This document shows positions 1 through 10,908 of a stretch of DNA of 34,382 nucleotides, one piece after another. The number at the start of each line of letters is the position of its first letter. Within the stretch, counting starts at the first letter, position 1. Both the position numbers and the translations under genes were made by a program. The notes below the pieces were generated by a model that was not told where the DNA came from, did no database searches, and saw only the letters and a program-made list of their open reading frames with translations. This DNA comes from Pelomyxa schiedti (Eukaryota > Protista > Evosea): NCBI GenBank assembly GCA_020536535.1, contig JAHLWZ010000311.1, forward strand, positions 1 through 34,382, written 5' to 3'.

Positions 1-669
1 TTGGTTGTTGGAAAACCACCGCCAAGGAAGCGAGGGAGGCCAAGAAAGTATTTTGATAGCTTGGATGAAGTACCTGCACAACCAACGAAGTCAGTATCAC
101 AGCAAGGAGCAAAGACACAACTGGCAATTGCAAAGAGTGCTGCTCCAAGTCAGGCAACATTGCAAGAAGCAACACCATCGGTTCAACTAGCTGTAACACC
201 TGAACCACAGCCAATAGTATTACCACCAGACTTCTTTGGTCCGGATGTACCCATTGAGTTGCCAATAGAACCAGAGATACCCGCTGTGACACCTGTAGAG
301 ACAGTCAGGAGCAATGACAAGGGAAGTCAAGAAGTACCAGAAGAGCCCAAGAAGCATCATAAATCAGTCAAGGACACATCTCTGCCCTGGCCTGGCTCTA
401 AGTCGAAAGCCAAAGAGGCCGAGAAACCACGTCAAGGCAGGCCAGTAAATATATTGCCATCGAAACCTGTGGGGAGCACAGTTGGACAATCGCCGAGCAA
501 GAGTCAAGGCGTATCCATACCAGAAAGTGTTCCCCCAAGGAAGTTCACCAAGCATCACGAGTCAATAAAGACTGTTGTGACATCACCACAACACCCACCA
601 CCTGTGGGTGTGGTGAGGAAGGTGAAGAGTCATACAGTGGAAATAACATACAAGCGACCTCACGCGTGA
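1..669 (+). CDS. 5'-truncated Pro/Ser/Lys-rich ORF with an AT-hook, possibly the tail of a retroelement ORF
   Basis: Open frame from the window edge to TGA 667-669. AT-hook RKRGRPRK near the start; no introns, unlike host genes; followed by a PPT-like tract. Confidence 0.45.
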   Translation: MVVGKPPPRKRGRPRKYFDSLDEVPAQPTKSVSQQGAKTQLAIAKSAAPSQATLQEATPSVQLAVTPEPQPIVLPPDFFGPDVPIELPIEPEIPAVTPVETVRSNDKGSQEVPEEPKKHHKSVKDTSLPWPGSKSKAKEAEKPRQGRPVNILPSKPVGSTVGQSPSKSQGVSIPESVPPRKFTKHHESIKTVVTSPQHPPPVGVVRKVKSHTVEITYKRPHA

Positions 670-813
670 GGACTCACTTGAGGCAAGGCCAAAGTCGTAC
701 GCGCGGACATCAGATCATCAACGCAACTAGTGATACCACCTGTCCAAGGCCCTGTAACTAGCACTACAACCACCACTGCCACGAGTCAACGCGTCGTCGA
801 GGGCGACTCCGCT

Positions 814-1523
814 AAGAACGGGGGAGGTTTGACGCAACGCCACAGGACTCACACTTTTAATTTTTTGGGTCTTTGGATCTTTCCATGTGATGCTCCTCAG
901 AAGCTGGAAAGACCACGAAATGGAATGTGTCTGGTACAAGTTCGGGGAAAGGGGCCTTCTGAGCCGTGTGTATCATCGACCAGGACATCAACCAAACCCG
1001 CGTCCCTGTGCGCTGTACAAGATCCCTCATTTCGCATTTTATTGTTCACCCGTGTAACTCTCTCAGCACACCCTGCACCCTGGTGTTGTGGCAAAGATTT
1101 TTGAGGCGAATGGGATTGGGTGCCAACTTTTCTTGGAAACTGATGGCTCACGTGGTTGACAACCTCTCCTCATTTCTTCGAGGCAAGTCTCGTTGATGAG
1201 CATACCGCGACACCACTGGACAAAACAAATTTGTTTTTTGAGGCCGACGATGCGCCGACGTGCTGATGTGTAGATGTGCGAAGACACTGCTGCACTGATG
1301 CGCCGACGCGCAACGCGCCGACGAGCCCAAAAAGCAAACCGAGTGGGATGCAGCGGGATGTTGTTGGGGGCTCAAGCCCCAAAATGGTTTTGTGGTCTTC
1401 TAAAGTGCCGTGGTTATTCACTCACACCCTCATAAACACGAACAAAAATACACCACACACAATGGTGTAACTACTACTACTGCTACTAAGGATTAAACTA
1501 TTAAGTAGTTCTGTTGCGTATAC
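814..1523 (+). mobile_element. Possible polypurine tract plus 3' LTR-like region of an LTR retrotransposon
   Basis: Purine tract AAGAACGGGGGAGG (814-827) is followed by TG at 830. TGACGCAAC has an imperfect inverted match GTTGCGTA at ~1513-1520, and GCGCCGACG recurs at ~1245-1325. No partner LTR is in the window. Confidence 0.3.
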
Positions 1524-1764
1524 AGGATCCTTTGTCAGTGTTCCCACCTATGATTCGTCACACGCAACAGCTAATAAATTACAGAACACTGTCAGACAAC
1601 ACCAGAGCCCACAAGACCGGAACCCCAGCACAACAACTGTGTGTATTACACCCCTTCCACCCTTCTCAATACCAAACCTATTCCTCCTTCCTAATTAATA
1701 AACTACCACACACTCCTTCTCTCCAATCTAATGGAATGAAATACAGCAATTAGAAAGCCAAGCT

Positions 1765-2947
1765 ATGGCTTTGGCACAGGCACAGTTGCAGCCAAGAAGA
1801 AGGCCAGGAAGGCCAAGAGGCTCAACCAATAAAGAAGTAGGTATATATCAAACATTACATCTTACTTACACATTATGTAGATACCACCCCTATGTTCACG
1901 CAGTTTGCACCAAGATCTGCATCTATTGGGAATTCCTTGTGCTTCTTCCTCAACGTGACTTCATGTCCAAACTCTAATGTGAAATCTGGTGTTGCCACAG
2001 CTTCTGGGGCTATGACTGCTGCTCTGTCCTCATCCACTGTGCCCTTGATTTGAACAAGCAAACAGAACGATGCCCCAGAAAGTTGGATGACCTTCTGCCA
2101 GTTGCCAGGTAATTGTGTACTCTCGTTTATGAATGCTGATGCCATTGCAGTGCAATCACTTTGCATGGATCAGAACTGTGTAGAATTGATGAAAATCGGT
2201 CCAGAATAAGTGCGTGAGTATTCAGGTACTTGCTGTCAGTGCACCAATGATAGTTCTAGTGCCAAATGCAGGTTACAGTTGAATTGTGCTGTAATTGGTT
2301 GGAATTTGCATGAGGGCCGTATTTACAGTGAATTGGTGTGACGTTGGAATGTTGATGTTTAAATTAATTGAATGCAGGGTGTGGGAACTGATGCTTGAGT
2401 TTACTGCTCTGCACCATGATGTGGGTTTTGCTTTGATGAATGCACTAGATGATGCATTTGCACGCTATGGAATGAACTGTGGGATGTGAAGAAGTGCTCT
2501 TGCCTCCACTTTGGGTGTGTATTCCTATCACAGATCTCTCAGTGTCTAACTGTTTATTCAGAAAGGACTTGTGAGCTTGTGGGCTTCTTTGGGACTTCAG
2601 TGCAATCGGACCTTGAAGTGTGCAGCTTGTTATTGCCCGCGTTGCCTAGCATTGTTGCCAGAGATAAAGAACGCATGGCTGTACTGCAGTACCGATATTC
2701 TGCATTGGAGATCAGTCCTCGAATTGCAACAGCGTTTGCTGTGCTTCAAATTTGCTTGCCAGAGTTCCTCCACCCTTTCCAGGTTTCCTTTCCTGGTTGA
2801 TATCATAACTTATTCCATTGCAGGAGCTTCGAAACAATGTGAAAATGCCTTTGAGAATAGTGCCAATTCCTCCAGTGTCAGGTAAGAATAATTTCTTGAT
2901 CTCCACCTAATAAATGACCAGAAATCCGCCAAAGAGAGAATACCTGA
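1765..2947 (+). pseudogene. Decayed intron-containing multicopy gene or transposon with an N-terminal AT-hook and a Cys-rich segment
   Basis: ATG 1765 with RRRPGRPRGSTNK. In-frame stops and frameshifts follow, with short GT-AG intron-like segments at ~2783-2823 and ~2882-2921. A second copy lies at 33196-33498. Confidence 0.45.
2389..2947 (+). repeat. Dispersed repeat, copy 1 (copy 2 at 33196-33498)
   Basis: Near-identical from TGATGCTTGAGTTTACTGCTCTGCACC to AGAGAGAATACCTGA. Copy 2 lacks 2526-2780. Confidence 0.95.
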
Positions 2948-3047
2948 NNNNNNNNNNNNNNNNNNNNNNNNNNNNNNNNNNNNNNNNNNNNNNNNNNNNN
3001 NNNNNNNNNNNNNNNNNNNNNNNNNNNNNNNNNNNNNNNNNNNNNNN
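2948..3047. other. Assembly gap (100 N)
   Basis: Run of 100 N. Sequence on either side may not be truly contiguous. Confidence 1.
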
Positions 3048-3056
3048 CCTCCCATA

Positions 3057-6000
3057 ATGTCACTGTCATCTCCATCACCTTCTTCGTACCAGTATGTTGT
3101 CGGTGTCGATGTTGCTGAGCAGACCGTATCCGAGGTCAGGTTCCTGGCCTCCCTACCCACTCCCTCGCAGCCCGCATCAGTGGCCAGCAACGCAACCAGC
3201 AGTAATTGTGGGACAGGCGAGGGCAACGTAAACGTCGAGGGGTGGCGACGAGTGGCACAATGGCAGTGCCCGACGTCGCTGTGCGCCTGCGCGCCCTCCC
3301 ATAATTGCACAGCCGCCGCGAACGGCACCGGTGGGAGCGCAGCCGCGAACTGTAGCAATGGAGGCTGCGCAGCCGGAATTGTGGGATATTACGCTTGGGG
3401 AGGGACTGGTTATTGGGACGGGGACCAACCGGGGAATGAAACTTCTGCTTTAGAGAGGTATGAAACTTTGGTTTTTTTCTTTGTTTAATTGTTAAATATG
3501 TTTTGGTGTTGTTTTAGATTGTTACCAATTATTATGTTGATTGAGGGTTCTTAGAAGAAGATGCTTGTGTAAAGCTGAGTGTACTATGAATGTGGGTGCA
3601 GAAGTTGTTTATGAATTCCTTCAGGAATACAACAATATGCCGCTATATGACTGCACCATAAGTGAGGCAAGGAGCGCATCTAAATATTTCTTTGCTTCTG
3701 ACCTGTGCTAAGATGGACGTCACGGAGCAATATGACTATCTAAATTCTCTTTTACTCATAGAGCTGGCAACTCCCTTTTCCATGCAATTGTTTGACTCCA
3801 AGCCCAAAAGCTCCACTGTATTCCTTCGCTGTTGTCACATCAATTCACCAACCAGCACTTATGTTGTTGGTTTTCGATCAGTTTGCAGTAACCAAGTACA
3901 TAAACTTATGGTGGAAATTGAACTTACATAGCTCTAGGAAGAAACTCCCCCTTTCATTGTGGCCCCTTCTGGATGGGTGAGCGATTTTTTTCTTAGTTAT
4001 TTTTATTCACGCTAATACTGGTACAGGTTGTCCAGAGTTGTAACACAGGCTGTAAACTTACATTAATAACACATGTATATATTCTGGATCCAAAGTTTTC
4101 TCAAGATGTAAGTAGCCTAAATATTCAACAATTCCTAATTATCCGCATACAAAAAACGAAAAATAGATAGTCTTGAAGAGCAGCCTGTTAAGTAGAAGGA
4201 TATTTGAGTGCCTTTACTTTTACCTCGCAGCTTCAGTTGATCTATTTATCCTTGCAGTCGACATTTAACCTGTTCACAGAAGACTCTCCCACATTATTCA
4301 TTCATACGAGATTCTGTTCTCATAGAGAGAGAAGTTTACAGTTCCCTACTATCCACAGCAGTTGAGTCTGACTGGCAAGTTGCTTATTCCGATCATGGTA
4401 CGAGTCCTTTTGAAAGACCTGGCTAACTCCCCCTTTTTCCAAAGGTGTTGAAATTTTATTTACGGCTCAAGGTGATCAACCACTAGTAGCTTTCAAGGGT
4501 GGATTTCGGTGCAACGCTAGTGCCGACTCTGTATTAGATTTTATTATGACAGTGTGCCTTCACGTTTTTATGTCAGTGCTGATTACAAATTCACAGCAAC
4601 AAGCGAAATGGGATATGCTGTCATCCAAAATTGAGATGGTTGACAAGTTTGACAATATAGTTGTATTCAGTAAGCAATCTGTTTCTGTTGGTCCATGTAT
4701 GCTCCTTTCTACTGAAAAATCAGCTTCATGACATGGGTTTTTTTTAAGTCTCTTCTAGCGATTCTGTGACTTTTTGGGTTACAAAGAGAGAACCAGATGG
4801 AGTGTGTTCCAATTGTCTAGCCAATTTGAATTCACACTTTTTTTTGAAATCCAGGTTGGACTGATATTTTTTAAAACCCTCGCAGATAGCTCACCAAGTG
4901 CTCTTCAATTTCTTCCTTCAGGCATAGGTCTACTAGGTTGTTGTGCCTGAATAATGTTCGTTAGGTGCCTTTGTTTACCCCCTTGGCCCCAGTTGCTGTT
5001 ATTTGAAGTACGTTTCAATAGTGCAACATTCTTCTGTCCCACTTGACATTGAGGAATTCAAGCCATTTTGTTCCATTCTATCTGCTGTTATCTTGGGAAT
5101 GCAGAATATCATCTCGGTTAGCACGCCCTCTAAGAGGGCATATTTGTGAATAACCATCTCTTCAGATGCCATCCAATACAGCAATGATTACTGATACCTC
5201 TACATTACACAACCAAGTGATGCAAAACTGGTTTTCCGGGATTCAATCAGCTATCAATGACAAGTAGCTATATCTTTTTTCTTAACTCGTATAACTCTTT
5301 CAGTAATATAAGCACTGCACTTGGGAAGAGGCCAAACACCTTGAATCTGAATTCACCCGTTCTGTTGTATGTCGTTGACAACAATTCAGTTTCTGAGCAG
5401 GTTGTACATTACGGAGTGAAAAAAATACTTACGCCAATTCCAGATGTTTGCCCAATACCCATCATTACTTAATTCATTCCGAGGGATGCCAAATATTCCC
5501 CACAGACTCTTTTTGTTCTTGATGCGAAGTGCACCAATTACCCCTCCTGCCCCAAAGAGACGATTCATCCAAAATTCAACCCCAAGTCTGAACCAACTTG
5601 ACAGCATTTCAGCGGCCACTCCCAGATTTTCTGAGAGGGATCAGATAAATTCCTTGGCCTTTTCCGGCCCGGCATCAAAACTCTCCAGCCCACCAGTATC
5701 CTCACCTACTGTTACACAACCTTCGCATGAGCAGTTGCTCTTTCCTCTCCCCGATTCACAATTGCCCTTGGCTGCTCCAGATTCACTATTGCTCTCATCT
5801 CTCTCAGATTCTCTATTGCTCAGGATACTTGTGTACCTTCCTCTGCAAAGTTTAGTCAATATTTCTAGGGTACACTTCCTCACTTTCCTTTCTTCACTTA
5901 ATGATTCCAAGGTTTGCAGACGTCTTCTAACTTTGACCCACGATCAGCTGATTTGGAAGAACTTGTACAGCCAAACTTTTTCATACATGCCGTCGTATTC

Positions 6001-7420
6001 TCTTGTTGCTATGGCTTGTTCGTCAGTGGACAACACGGGCGGTACTGAAATCAATCAGAGAAAGTTATATTGCATTTCTCACACAACATGGCAGAACTGG
6101 AAAGCCCAACGGTGTCAGGTAGGCAATTTCCTTCAATATCCCAGGAGCAAATTTGTTCATCTTACAAAGGTAACTGTTGCACAGCATGGACACACCACGA
6201 CAATTAAGTGCCTTCAGTACATTCCGCAGAGAAGAATGCTGTTAACTGGTTCCTCAGATCGGTTGGTTCCAACCCTTCATTGTTTCCTTCTCACCCGCCA
6301 TCCAGCAAGGTCAAAGTGTGGCTGTCACCTTCCGGCATTTCGTATGCATGTCAATCTACTTTAAGTGGGCCTAATGCTGGTAAGCTTGTCTTTCTTCCCA
6401 GCTTCCTCACTTTTTTCAGGTGTAGTTGGCATTGACTGCACCGGCTCAGTTATCAGGGCAGGGTTCAGAAATGGATCAGTCTGGGCATGGGACGCCCACA
6501 AACTGGACCTTTCTTGGCGTCAACAATTTGCTCCCGTTGCTGAGGGGTTCCTTTTCATCTTTCCAAATGTAGAATTATTCCTCTTCACCCTTTTGTGATC
6601 GGCACGAAGGTTATTCTTTGGGAGGATACTGTCCAACTATGGGATGAACACAGTGCCACTTTGCTGCAAAATTTTTCTGCTCATACAAAAAAGGTTTTTT
6701 CTTTACAGTCATAATATTTCTTACTGGAACTAGGTAACGTCCGTGAAGCTCATTAATTCCGTTGTAATTTCCGCATCCCTGGATAAAACTCTAATGTGAG
6801 TCTCCACCATTAGGAAACTTAAAATCAACTACCAAATAGGCTCCATGATATTAACTCCCCGCCTTCCGTGCTATCAACTCTGAAAGGACACAGTGCAGGG
6901 ATTAATTGTGTTGAAGTGCTGGACGATTTTACTATCTTGAGTGCCGGAAATGACCGGACTTTAAAGGTACTGAGAAGAAGCTCCTGTTGTGCCCTTCTTA
7001 ATCTCGAGTCAAAGGTATGGGACCTCAGGAATATCGGTGCCGGAGCATTACAAAGTCTCTCTGGCCATGTTAGTCCAATCAGGTAACCCAATTAACATGT
7101 GATTTCCATATTGATGGCAGTACCAAACTCAAACAAACACAGGTGCATCAAGCCGGCATTTGGTAGAGTACTTACAGGGTCCGATGATCATTCGATGCGG
7201 TTATGGGAGACAGCCGCCGGAAAGCTCAATTTTGTTCAGGTATACACAAACAAACAAGCGACTATCAATTCACGAATCACTTACCTCATTTACCATTACT
7301 AATGCAACACAGAGGTATGAGGAACAAGTGTCACCAGTCACCTGTATGGATTTTGATGAACGGCTTCTGTTTAGTGGTGCAAGTGATGGAAACCTCAAAA
7401 TCCTTGATTTTCTACCGTGA
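3057..7420 (+). CDS. Multi-exon START-like domain(s) + F-box + WD40 protein (architecture resembling Dictyostelium FbxA)
   Basis: START-like exons: CKAECTMNVGAEVVYEFL..YD, TYVVGFRSV, APSGW|VVQSCNTGCKLTLITH, and a second AFKGGFRCNASADSVLDFIMT|QQAKWD. F-box LSSLSDSLLLRILVYLPLQSLVNISR|VCRRL..LIWK. WD40 repeats GHTTTIKCLQY..LLTGSSDR, GHSAGINCVEV..SAGNDRTLK|VWDLR, GHVSPIR|CIK..TGSDDHSMRLWE. Stop TGA 7418-7420. The F-box/WD40 half is secure; joining it to the START half is inferred. Confidence 0.75.
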
Positions 7421-7719
7421 CCCAAGGAAACCCCCCTTCCACTCTCTCACAGATAACACCACACCCACTACCAAGCACAGAGGCAATTAATTTCTGACCC
7501 TCTATGGTGAACAAAAATCAAAAACTTCACTTTTTACAAATACGAACAACATGGTGGAATAGGGACAGTACAGTATGTCACATCAGGCTACAGTAGGACA
7601 TGCAGCTTAGAGAGCGAACACTATCCGCAATTACCAAGTCAGATGACGGAGTGATTAAAGCCATGTCAAGAACTACGTCCTGGTCATCATCTTGAATTTC
7701 CGGTTAGTGTTGAATTACA

Positions 7720-9254
7720 TTAGTAATTGCAGTCAGTACCTTGGGATTGTGTTGCGGGATTGCCGGAAGTTTGTTGGTGGTATCCGTGGGCAGAGGCAGG
7801 AAGGAGGGGCAGTTCCTCCCACAGTTCTTCTCCAGTTTGGGTTTGCACTGAGGTAATCTGTTGCGGCTCCGGGGCATCACTAATATCCAGCTCGGGCACA
7901 TTCTCCTGCTGATCCAGTAGACCCGTGTTTACTTGTATGACAATCGCGTCCTTCTCAGAGAAAACCGGTTCGGTCTGCGTAAAGTCGAGTACATCCGCGT
8001 TGGAGATTGGCACTTCACCAGCTGGTTCCTCTTGCTTCGACTCCGGATTCACATTCTCTTCTGTGTGTCCCTCAGTAGCCGGTGGGGAGTGATTGAGCGT
8101 GGGTACATAAGCAGCTTCCGTGGTGAGTACCACGCTGTCTGAGGGTAATTCCAGGGTGTCATCGAGATGTTGTGGTGGTTGTGGTGTATCGGCGGCGGTT
8201 ACTACTACCTCAGGGATGAGTGTGCCCACTCCGCTTGCAGAGTTCTCTCTTGTATCTGTCTGATTTCTGTGCCTATTCCTATGCCTGTGGCGGTGGCTGT
8301 GCTTGTGGGGCTCCTCTGTTTCTTCTTCTCCCGGGTCAACGCGACTGGTGTTGCTAAGACTCAAAGAGGCTCCCAAGGCAGAAGAGCCTACTGTGTTCAT
8401 CAATGAAGTTGATCCAGTCAGGGGGTAATCACCACTCTCACTTTCGCATCGTATGGTGTTGCTACTGCTACTGCTACTACTACTACCACTTCTAGTTGTA
8501 CAGCTATTAGCATTGCTACTACTACTACACAGTGATGTTGTGGAGGCCGTCCCCACAAGCAGCCGTCGAACATCCTCCTCCCCCTCAATCATCCCACAAT
8601 CCCCTCCTCCTCCTCCTCCTCCTCCTCCTGCTCCAGCCCCAGCTCCCATGAATTGCGCTTCTACTACTCCTAACCCCCCAGCACCTGTGCTGCCAGTCAA
8701 TTCAACCGCCCCCCGCCACGATGATAATGATGATGGCGACGGTGACCCCACCAATTTCCGCTGGCCGCCCTGGTCGTAGTTGGCGTCGGCGTCGGCGGCA
8801 GCACGAGCACAAGCACTACTACTACTATCGTCGGCACGCACCACCACCAACTCATCATCGTGATGGATCGTCGTCGTCGTCGCCGTCGTATGCTCGTCCG
8901 ATTTCTCATCAGCAGCAGCAGTGGTGGCAGCGGTGCCATAACAATCACTGCGGTGGCTTCCTCCTCCTCCTCCGCCGCCGCTGCTGGTGACGGTGGTGGC
9001 TGCACATGGCGATGGGTCGCCGACAGGCGCGGCGACGGCGAGGCGGCTGTGGTGGGAGCGGGGAGGGCCGCGCCCGTGGTGGCTGTGGTGACGGTGGCCG
9101 TGGAGCACCTTGGACACAAGCGCCTTGATTGTGTTCTTGTGCTTATGGAGCTGCTGTGATGGTTTGTCGTTGTTTGTTCCTGGGGCGGTATCCGCGGTTG
9201 TTGGTGTTGGTGTTGGTGGTTGGTGGGGGTGGTGCTCATGCTGTCTGAGTTCAT
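7720..9254 (-). CDS. Intronless low-complexity (His/Gly/Ser/Thr/Glu-rich), probably disordered protein; needs a frameshift near its start
   Basis: The frame is open from 9387 to 7720 but has no ATG until ~8650. ATGs at 9254/9239 are in another frame; one extra C in the C5 run (9225-9229) joins them. Confidence 0.6.
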
Positions 9255-9374
9255 CGGTCGGTCGACTCTGCGTCCGGAAATAGTTGCTTGCCTTTTTGAA
9301 GGCGCAAGAAAATTTTGTTGCGACTGGGCCGTCGAGATTGATAATAGGTTCTGGTGAGGGTGTCTGTATATCTG

Positions 9375-10682
9375 TTATAGTAGTTTCTCAGAGTTCAGCT
9401 CCAGGGCCATTGCAATGACTGGTACCAGTGCCTGTGGGCCACTGGCCATGTCAAAGAATGGGTGTGTCAGCATGGTTGCTGATGATGGCCTGGTCTCTGC
9501 TGGCCTGAAACAAAGGCTGAGGAATGACTCGAGGTTACAGGACCACTGGTGTTCTGTGTTATTGAGTGGAGGAATCCCTCTTGTGCTGATAATAAAGAGT
9601 GCACGGAGTGGTGGATGAGCAATGTAAGGTGGTTCACCTTCAGCCATTTCCATGCACATAATCCCAGTGCTCCAAACATCAGTGTTTGTGGTTGCAGTTT
9701 GGCCACTTTATTTTTGTGAAATAAATAGAAGTGGGAATTGGGGAGAAGGAACCGGATTATTTCAGGGCTCATCCAGTATCTTATTGAAGGAAAGTTAGGT
9801 GATGTTACATGAGGGAGGCATTTGAAACACACGGAGTTCCTACTACAGTATCACGGGGCCATGGTTTAAAACAGCTTGAATAACCTCAAGTAAGGCTGTA
9901 TTTACTGCTTATGGAAAAAAATATGAGTATTCTTACCTTTGTCTGTTAGTTTCACTGTCCCATCCAAGGAAAAAACAATATCATCACTCATTACATGTCT
10001 TTGTACAGTATTATCACTCTATTGGTTTTGAACTAGTACCTATGGATGTGGCCAAAATTGTGTATGTATGCAAGAGCTTTCATTGTACAGAGAATAACCT
10101 GTTGTTAAAAATAGTTACCATGTAGTAGAAGATGCTGGGGCTACATATGCAATTTGATGTTCTGTCAGACTTACCTGGGGAAACGGCACCAGAATATCTG
10201 ATAGACATCCACCAGACATAAACTAGACATTGTTCATTGTATGATACAACGGCAAAGTAAAAACAAGAAGCACACTTCTGTCACCATCCAGAAACTATTA
10301 TCCAAAGCATAACACTCAATGAGTTCTACAATATTTGGGTGTCTCACAGCCATTGCTACCACAATTTCCGTTCTAATCAGTTCTGTGTATGCTGGTGGGA
10401 TTTTATGAACAACAACGGTCCTGCCGGTTTCCTTGTGGAAACACAGAACTGGTTTGATGTGTGGACGTTGATTTAATTGCTTTAATTGTTGGTAAACCTG
10501 CAGTTACAGGTTAATATGAAATGACGATCAAAACCACACAAAGCCCACTTCAAGATGGTCCCCTCTTATCACTGGAAGATCATGTTCTTGCAGACTCAAT
10601 ATAACTTCCCACATAGATACAAATTACAATCTGCATGGCACGTTATTAATAATACCATGAATGCCGAAGGGAGTTCGTTCAT
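9375..10682 (-). CDS. PAK/STE20-family pseudokinase, multi-exon; 5' end uncertain
   Basis: HPNIVELIECY, VVGTP|YWMSPEII, DVWSTGIMCMEMAEGEPPY..PPLRALFII are PAK-like. Catalytic motifs are degenerate (VVVH, HRHVMSDD, DKG). Stop TAA 9375-9377. Confidence 0.85.
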
Positions 10683-10908
10683 TGCGTTCAAACGGTTTTC
10701 TGAAGAGTGCAAGAAAAATTTGATGAACTGTTCTAATCGCTCGGTGAACGGGTACGGCAGGGCACGGGCATAATGTATTTATTTATTTATTTACCATGAA
10801 TAAGAACCCTCAGGTCATGGTCGGTCGAAGATTGGGTCCAGTTCAAATCAGAAGAAACGAAAATCGTTTGAAACTTTTTTGTGTACCGTTGCGACAAAGT
10901 ACCGGGGA

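Noticed and set aside
732-743. Minus-strand TGGTATCA as an iMet primer-binding site
   Set aside because: Only 8 nt match, no gag-like ORF follows on that strand, and it conflicts with the plus-strand PPT.
2520-2947. Minus-strand non-LTR retrotransposon reading of the dispersed repeat
   Set aside because: No RT motifs were found, and plus-strand intron-like segments fit better.
5444-6364. 306-aa ORF as a stand-alone gene
   Set aside because: It reads through stop-free 3n introns (e.g. ~5870-5911 and ~6119-6169) and is part of the larger spliced gene.
6941-6956. 16-bp match GTGCCGGAAATGACCG with 34323-34338
   Set aside because: Lies in WD40 coding sequence (SAGNDR) with no extension; treated as chance.
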